DNA of 64,000 nt. It comes from Cyanobacteria bacterium auto_48_18. GTDB taxonomy: Bacteria > Cyanobacteriota > Vampirovibrionia > Obscuribacterales > Obscuribacteraceae. The stretch's first letter is position 1. Each line of letters opens with the position of its first letter. Below are positions 58,987 to 64,000 of the stretch, in pieces. A model generated the notes under the pieces. That model was not told where the DNA came from. It searched no databases and saw nothing but the letters and a program-made list of their open reading frames with translations. The position numbers and the translations under genes are program-made. The DNA is taken from the NCBI GenBank assembly GCA_036170915.1, contig JAVHQC010000033.1, positions 256,001 to 320,000 on the forward strand. The letters run 5' to 3'.

Positions 58987-59517
58987 CTAACTACCGAGCT
59001 CACCTTCACCAGGCGTGTCAGTATCCACAACTTCGCTTACAGCCTGACTGATGGCATGGTTATCGGTATCGGCACCCACAAGCGGCTCTCCACTACCATC
59101 ATGCCGCACTAAACAGAGCGTGATTGGACAGTGATCTACCAGGTAATGAACAATCGGGTCGCGCTTCATCAAGAAGAATTGCCGGCCACCAACGTTAGTG
59201 GTGCCCACATAAAGAATATTGGCATTTAACTCAATGGCTGTTTTAATAATGCCGCGCGCAACTTCGCCGACACGCACTACGCCTGAAGCTTTAATGCCTT
59301 GCTCTTGCAGAATTTTGACTGTCATATCAATTTGCAACTGAGCTTTGTCTTGAGGACGATCAGATGAAATCAGCTGCGCCACCACACCAACTTTTTCAGG
59401 GTCAGGCACGATGCGTAAAAGCACAATTTCTGCCCCTAAAGCTTTAGCTTGCCTGGCCGCCAGTTCGATGGTGCGTGCACTGCGTTTGGGAGAGCTGAAC
59501 GCTACTGCGATGATCAT
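58987..59517 (-). CDS. Universal stress protein (Usp) family
   Basis: IAVAFS, VRVGEVARGII..A, LYVGT, LVDHCPITLCLV pattern. Confidence 0.8.
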   Translation of the reverse strand: MIIAVAFSSPKRSARTIELAARQAKALGAEIVLLRIVPDPEKVGVVAQLISSDRPQDKAQLQIDMTVKILQEQGIKASGVVRVGEVARGIIKTAIELNANILYVGTTNVGGRQFFLMKRDPIVHYLVDHCPITLCLVRHDGSGEPLVGADTDNHAISQAVSEVVDTDTPGEGELGS

Positions 59518-59536
59518 TTATTCTTCCAGCCTCCTT

Positions 59537-60592
59537 TTATGCGTGCCAAATGAATCTGAGAATGATGTAGCAGACTGCTGAAAGTGTTGCCGCCACCGGT
59601 AGTGTTAATACCCAGGCCAGCAAAATTAGCTTCATAGTTTTCGGATTTAGTTTATCTTTCCCGTGCACAGGAATAGTGCCGCCGGCTACTGCCGAACTCA
59701 AAGTGTGGGTGGTGCTAATGGGCGCGCCAATGTGCGAAGCCAATAAAATAATTACAGCAGTACTCATGGATGCACCAAAGCCCTGTGAGTGACTGAGCTT
59801 TTCTCTACTAATTTTGGTGCCTACCGTGCGTATCACTCGCCAGCCGCCAATGATTGTTCCAAGAGCTATGGCTAGAGCAGCTGAGCCCATCACCCAGCCT
59901 GGAACTGTATTGCTTTGATAACCGTAAGCTGCAAAATGAGTGGCTAGAATCAGAGTTATTAGCCCCATGGTTTTTTGACCATCATTACTGCCATGCGAAA
60001 AGCTTACGGAAGCACTGGAGAAAATGTGTAACCAGCGCATCAGTGCATGCTGCTCAGCGGTTTTAGTAGAGTTAACGTCCCGCTCTTTTTCTTTTGAAAT
60101 TTTGAGAGTCAGCCATGTAGTGATGAATCCGGCGGCAAAACCGAGTAGAGGCGAAATCAAAAGGGCCAGCACCACTTTTTCTAATTCATGCCAGGAAACA
60201 CCTGCACGCCAGTCGGCGCCCTTCACTACAGCAGCAGTGATACCTGCCCCGAACAAGCTGCCAATCAAGCAATGAGACGAGCTGACCGGAATACCGTACC
60301 ACCATGTGATCAGGTTCCAGATCACAGCCGCCAGTAAAACTGCCACCACTATAGGTAGTGTCACAGAAGATTCTGGAATAATTTTGGTAATCACCTGGGC
60401 AACCGCTGTGCCCACCAAAAGCGCGCCTAGAAAGTTAAGGATGCCGCTCATAACGATAGCCACACCCGGCTTTAGCGCCTTGGTGTAAATAACGGTGGCT
60501 ACAGCATTGGCAGTATCGTGAAAGCCATTGACAAAATCAAAGGCGAGAGCTAAGCCTATTGCCAGCACTGCTATAACTGTTTCGGTTTCCAT
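59537..60592 (-). CDS. pit: Inorganic phosphate transporter (PiT family)
   Basis: NGFHDTANAVAT, PVSSSH, HGSNDGQKTMG, PISTTH. Confidence 0.94.
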   Translation of the reverse strand: METETVIAVLAIGLALAFDFVNGFHDTANAVATVIYTKALKPGVAIVMSGILNFLGALLVGTAVAQVITKIIPESSVTLPIVVAVLLAAVIWNLITWWYGIPVSSSHCLIGSLFGAGITAAVVKGADWRAGVSWHELEKVVLALLISPLLGFAAGFITTWLTLKISKEKERDVNSTKTAEQHALMRWLHIFSSASVSFSHGSNDGQKTMGLITLILATHFAAYGYQSNTVPGWVMGSAALAIALGTIIGGWRVIRTVGTKISREKLSHSQGFGASMSTAVIILLASHIGAPISTTHTLSSAVAGGTIPVHGKDKLNPKTMKLILLAWVLTLPVAATLSAVCYIILRFIWHA

Positions 60593-60746
60593 CTAAATAA
60601 TCTACTTTGTTAGCCTGATGACTGATATTGCTCGCGTTTTAGCAGGTGGAGGGTTAAGGACGTGTTAACGTCGTTAAATGACAGCCTTAAAAGTCGTTCA
60701 GAACTATAGCCTGATTAGGGCCAAATATAATTGTGGATTAAGGAGT

Positions 60747-61067
60747 TTAATAAGCGTGAGTAGACACGCCGGCTTCAACTGGCTCAAGCTCACTGGGGTC
60801 AGCGTAAACCCAAAGATCTCCCTGTCTCCACAGTAGTGGATGATGCACGAGATATCTATATACTAGAAGCTGACGAATGATACGACGAGCTGATGGATTT
60901 TGCTCACCGCGTCTGTCGTTAGCAAGGCGAGTACGTAGTTGAATCGCTTCGCGCTTAGTCCAGCAATAAGCCGGCCCAGGGTTATTGCCTCGTGAGCGAC
61001 AAAGTATCGCTACTTTGCCCGAGGGTTGCTCCCAACCTAAAACATAATAATAATCTTGGTTCATCAC
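60747..61067 (-). CDS. Hypothetical protein
   Basis: 106-aa ORF filling the gap between pit and the GT9 gene; no recognised motif. Confidence 0.6.
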   Translation of the reverse strand: MMNQDYYYVLGWEQPSGKVAILCRSRGNNPGPAYCWTKREAIQLRTRLANDRRGEQNPSARRIIRQLLVYRYLVHHPLLWRQGDLWVYADPSELEPVEAGVSTHAY

Positions 61068-61123
61068 TGCTAATAATAAGTCAAATTCGAAATAAGTCTA
61101 GTGAACAGTAGCCAATAAAGGCC

Positions 61124-62299
61124 ATGGTTAGTATGGATTCAAGCAATCAATCTTTCGCCAATATAGTCATCTTTCATCCAGCCGCTATCGGAGATGCTGT
61201 ATTAGGTACACCTGTCGCTGCTACTTTAAGGCTAAATTTTCCCGGAGCAAAAATAACATATTGGAGCCATAGTTCTCTTCGCCCTTTGCTTCTCGGCCTC
61301 TGTCCATCCATTGATGAATTTGTGGATTTCAATAAAAAGATGGGGTTTTTTGCCCTGCGCAAACAATTGATTGCCTTGAGCCCTGACCTTTTTGTAGATT
61401 TGTCTAATTCATTTCGTGGTGAGTTTCTCTGCGGCTTTACCAAAATCAAATCGCTACATTACGCTAAGAATCGCAGTGATACAGCCAATCAGCAACATGC
61501 TGTGGGCAACTTTTTAGAAACCATTCGCGAAATTTGCCCTGAAACTCCAGAGCGACTTTTCCCCACCATTTTCCCTGACGCTATCGCTGAAAAATTGGTG
61601 CCGGAATTAGCGGCGCAGCATCCATCACTTTATGAAGCAGCGCTAATCGGCCTCGTGCCTGGTGTCGGTAGTTTGCGCCCCCAGCGTGCGTGGATTTTTG
61701 ACGGATGGGTTTATCTTGTTAGACATCTACTTGATCACCATGCGCATATACCGGTGCTGGTTGGTGGGCCTGAAGATTTTGAACTGGCGCAACGCATCAA
61801 TATCGAAACCGGCTCCAAATGCATAAATTTGTGCGGTCAGCTCAAGCTTGATGAAACTGCGGCTATTCTCAAATGCTGCGATGTAGTTGTGAGCGGTGAT
61901 ACTGGTCCGGCCCACGTTGCAGTGGCAGTAGGCACGCCGGTAATTGGACTATATGGCGCTACATATCCAGCTCGCAGCGGACCTTATGGTTATTTCGATC
62001 AGATACTTGATCAAAGCGCCACTTGTCAGTGCATAGGTGAAAAGTGGTGTCGCTTAGCCGCGCCTGGTCAGCCTGGGGAGTGCATGGGGAGAATCATGCT
62101 ACCTGAAGTCTTAGGAAAAGTAAGGCAGGCAATTGGTGCTAGCAAACAATTTACTGACGCAAGCTTTGACGAAGATGACACTTTGCCAATTGGTGTTCAA
62201 GTAGACCCTGAGCTGATGCGTGAATTTGAAGAATATGCCAATCAGAGCAAAATGCGCCTGGTGGTAGAGGCCGAGAATGAGGATGGCGATAAGGTCTAG
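61124..62299 (+). CDS. Glycosyltransferase family 9 (LPS heptosyltransferase-like)
   Basis: IGDAVLGTP, DTGPAHVAVAVGTPVIGLYG. Confidence 0.9.
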   Translation: MVSMDSSNQSFANIVIFHPAAIGDAVLGTPVAATLRLNFPGAKITYWSHSSLRPLLLGLCPSIDEFVDFNKKMGFFALRKQLIALSPDLFVDLSNSFRGEFLCGFTKIKSLHYAKNRSDTANQQHAVGNFLETIREICPETPERLFPTIFPDAIAEKLVPELAAQHPSLYEAALIGLVPGVGSLRPQRAWIFDGWVYLVRHLLDHHAHIPVLVGGPEDFELAQRINIETGSKCINLCGQLKLDETAAILKCCDVVVSGDTGPAHVAVAVGTPVIGLYGATYPARSGPYGYFDQILDQSATCQCIGEKWCRLAAPGQPGECMGRIMLPEVLGKVRQAIGASKQFTDASFDEDDTLPIGVQVDPELMREFEEYANQSKMRLVVEAENEDGDKV

Positions 62300-62310
62300 A
62301 GCGTAACTGG

Positions 62311-63369
62311 CTAGACGGCGTGTAGCATCATCTTCGTCTGCGCGTTTACTTGGCCAAGACGGATTTTTTCAATATGGTTGAAGTAAACCATAGTGTAATT
62401 TTTCCAATTACGGCTGAAATCGCTCACCGAAAGCTCTTTTACTACATCTCTAGGAAGGTCAAGATTAACGGTGGCACTGCTGCCATCGGCATAGAGTGCG
62501 TGACGACGGGTAGCTTCCCTGCGCACCACATACGATGCGATGGTTTGCCACTTATTTTGATCGAACACTTGCAGTTTAATCATTAGATCAGATTCGTTTT
62601 CCATTGATTCGAATTTCATCAGCCGGCAATAATGAGACAGTGATGTAATCTCAAGTGTTCCTTGCGAGAAGAAAAGCTCGTGGTCATCAGCCATTTCAGC
62701 CTGTCTTTGCTTTTCTTTTGTCACTATATGGTGCAAGCTGTTGTCTACATTCTGCATTGCAGGTATGCGATTTGCCACAGGTGGGCTCATGTCAAAAGTT
62801 GACTGCGGTTGGCTTGTTTTGTGATCAGCTACCACGTGAAGGTAAGGAGCGGACGGTGCTTTAGGAGCATCAACGTATGATTGTTGTTTCTCAGCTTTAT
62901 TTGTACCTTTAATGCTTTCGGAAACACTGTGGAATACAGGCTGATTGTTATTTATATCGCTTTTCTCAACTGCAACCGTGTGGTTTGCACTTGCAGTTTT
63001 GCCACCATTGTTAGTGACTTTTGTGCTTCCTAATTCAAGATTATCTGAAGGCATCGCTGGGCGTGCATAGTGCGCCAGGTTGAATTTGATGCGTGAAGTT
63101 TCAGTGAAAAAATGATCTTCGTATATCGACGCTTCTTCCAAGGTAGGTAAGAATAAAGATTGTGCCGGTGCTACAAATGCAAAAGTATTAAAGCCGTCGC
63201 AACGAATTGGAATTTCACCTCTATTTATAGTGAAAATCAATTTGGCAAACCGCGCATCGCCGTACTCTTTTAGGGCGATGCTGGCCAAGCTCTGGCCGGC
63301 TTCGACTATGTGACGAATTCTGGTGCTTGGGTTTGGTGCACGTCTGCTTTTTGCTGCCATCTTCGACAT
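62311..63369 (-). CDS. Hypothetical protein with N-terminal LysM-like domain
   Basis: HIVEAGQSLASIALKEYGDARFAKLIFTIN. Confidence 0.65.
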   Translation of the reverse strand: MSKMAAKSRRAPNPSTRIRHIVEAGQSLASIALKEYGDARFAKLIFTINRGEIPIRCDGFNTFAFVAPAQSLFLPTLEEASIYEDHFFTETSRIKFNLAHYARPAMPSDNLELGSTKVTNNGGKTASANHTVAVEKSDINNNQPVFHSVSESIKGTNKAEKQQSYVDAPKAPSAPYLHVVADHKTSQPQSTFDMSPPVANRIPAMQNVDNSLHHIVTKEKQRQAEMADDHELFFSQGTLEITSLSHYCRLMKFESMENESDLMIKLQVFDQNKWQTIASYVVRREATRRHALYADGSSATVNLDLPRDVVKELSVSDFSRNWKNYTMVYFNHIEKIRLGQVNAQTKMMLHAV

Positions 63370-63514
63370 CGATATTAACCTGGTAAATTGTTTGGGGCGA
63401 TTGGAACGTGAGAGTATCTATGCCGGTTGAGCAATTTCTTGACAGCGCCAAAGATTAAATGCAAAAAGCTAGGCCCGCTTTTTTGCCGTCCCGACTACAC
63501 CCTGGCATCGTACC

Positions 63515-63543
63515 TTGACATCCGGGCCGCCTACCCTTATATT
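63515..63543 (+). promoter_or_regulatory. Near-consensus sigma70 promoter
   Basis: TTGACA-17 bp-TATATT, 57 bp before ATG 63601. Confidence 0.6.
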
Positions 63544-63600
63544 GAAGCTTCCGTGAGGCGGTATGTATCTTGCCTGCAGGATTTACTAGGAATATTTTGA

Positions 63601-64000
63601 ATGCCTAAAAATGCGGCTCCTGATGACGCTACTAACCAGAGTGCCGAGACGACCAAGGGCACCACTGGTGACGCGAATGTCAATACAAATCTGCGCAAAT
63701 CTGCTGGAGCTGCGGTAGCTGACAAAACCGCTCCCGTTGAAAGTTCTGGCAGTAGCACTCATGAATTATTGATGGACGCTTCTGGTAAAGAGGTTCTTCC
63801 TCGGGCAGGTACCGTTAACTCTACTGCACGTCAGTTTGAGGACGACGTCACTTCTGGCGGGGCTGTGCGGGTGCGTCCCAGCACTATGGATATCGATGGG
63901 AAGCCGGTTGCCGGAAGAAGTTATACACGTGAGGGCCAAGAATTTTTTGTGTCCACCGACGGCGATCAGCGCCGTAAATACACAGTAACTCGTAGTGATG
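63601..64000 (+). CDS. Partial hypothetical protein running off the window end
   Basis: ATG at 63601 open to 64000 (MPKNAAPDDATNQSAETTKG...); upstream promoter. Confidence 0.6.
   Translation, partial: MPKNAAPDDATNQSAETTKGTTGDANVNTNLRKSAGAAVADKTAPVESSGSSTHELLMDASGKEVLPRAGTVNSTARQFEDDVTSGGAVRVRPSTMDIDGKPVAGRSYTREGQEFFVSTDGDQRRKYTVTRSD

Noticed and set aside
88..63758. Many short ORFs antisense or out of frame within long genes
   Set aside because: Shadow ORFs of well-supported genes with no independent evidence.

Overview
64 kb of bacterial chromosome. Gene content (cyanobacteria-like DnaK, Hanks kinase, TPR/WD40/MshEN-like proteins, LPS GT9, no photosynthesis genes here) suggests, by inference only, a non-photosynthetic cyanobacterial relative such as Vampirovibrionia/Obscuribacterales. 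Recognisable genes include proC, a quinone oxidoreductase, lemA, msrA, dnaK, ppk2, feoB, an M16 peptidase, a DinG helicase, pit and one tRNA-His(GTG). Accessory modules are a CzcBA-type metal efflux pair, a five-gene SWIM/MoxR-AAA/vWA (YehL-type) operon, a TPR-kinase-2xDUF4279 operon, an Rrf2-linked rubredoxin-RIC-qNOR nitric oxide cassette, and a small decayed toxin-antitoxin islet at the tRNA-His 3' end. The most striking unexplained pattern is four paralogous exported proteins with a WY[RK][IL]PxW[FL][AT]G signature, arranged as two pairs that bracket the metal-efflux and NO-detox cassettes. Other oddities: an AbrB-type antitoxin broken by a 4-bp duplication, a 24-bp-periodic double palindrome between dinG and usp, and a DinG lacking its first Fe-S cysteine. 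No CRISPR, rRNA, integrase or transposase was seen. All family calls are by motif recognition; no database search was run.
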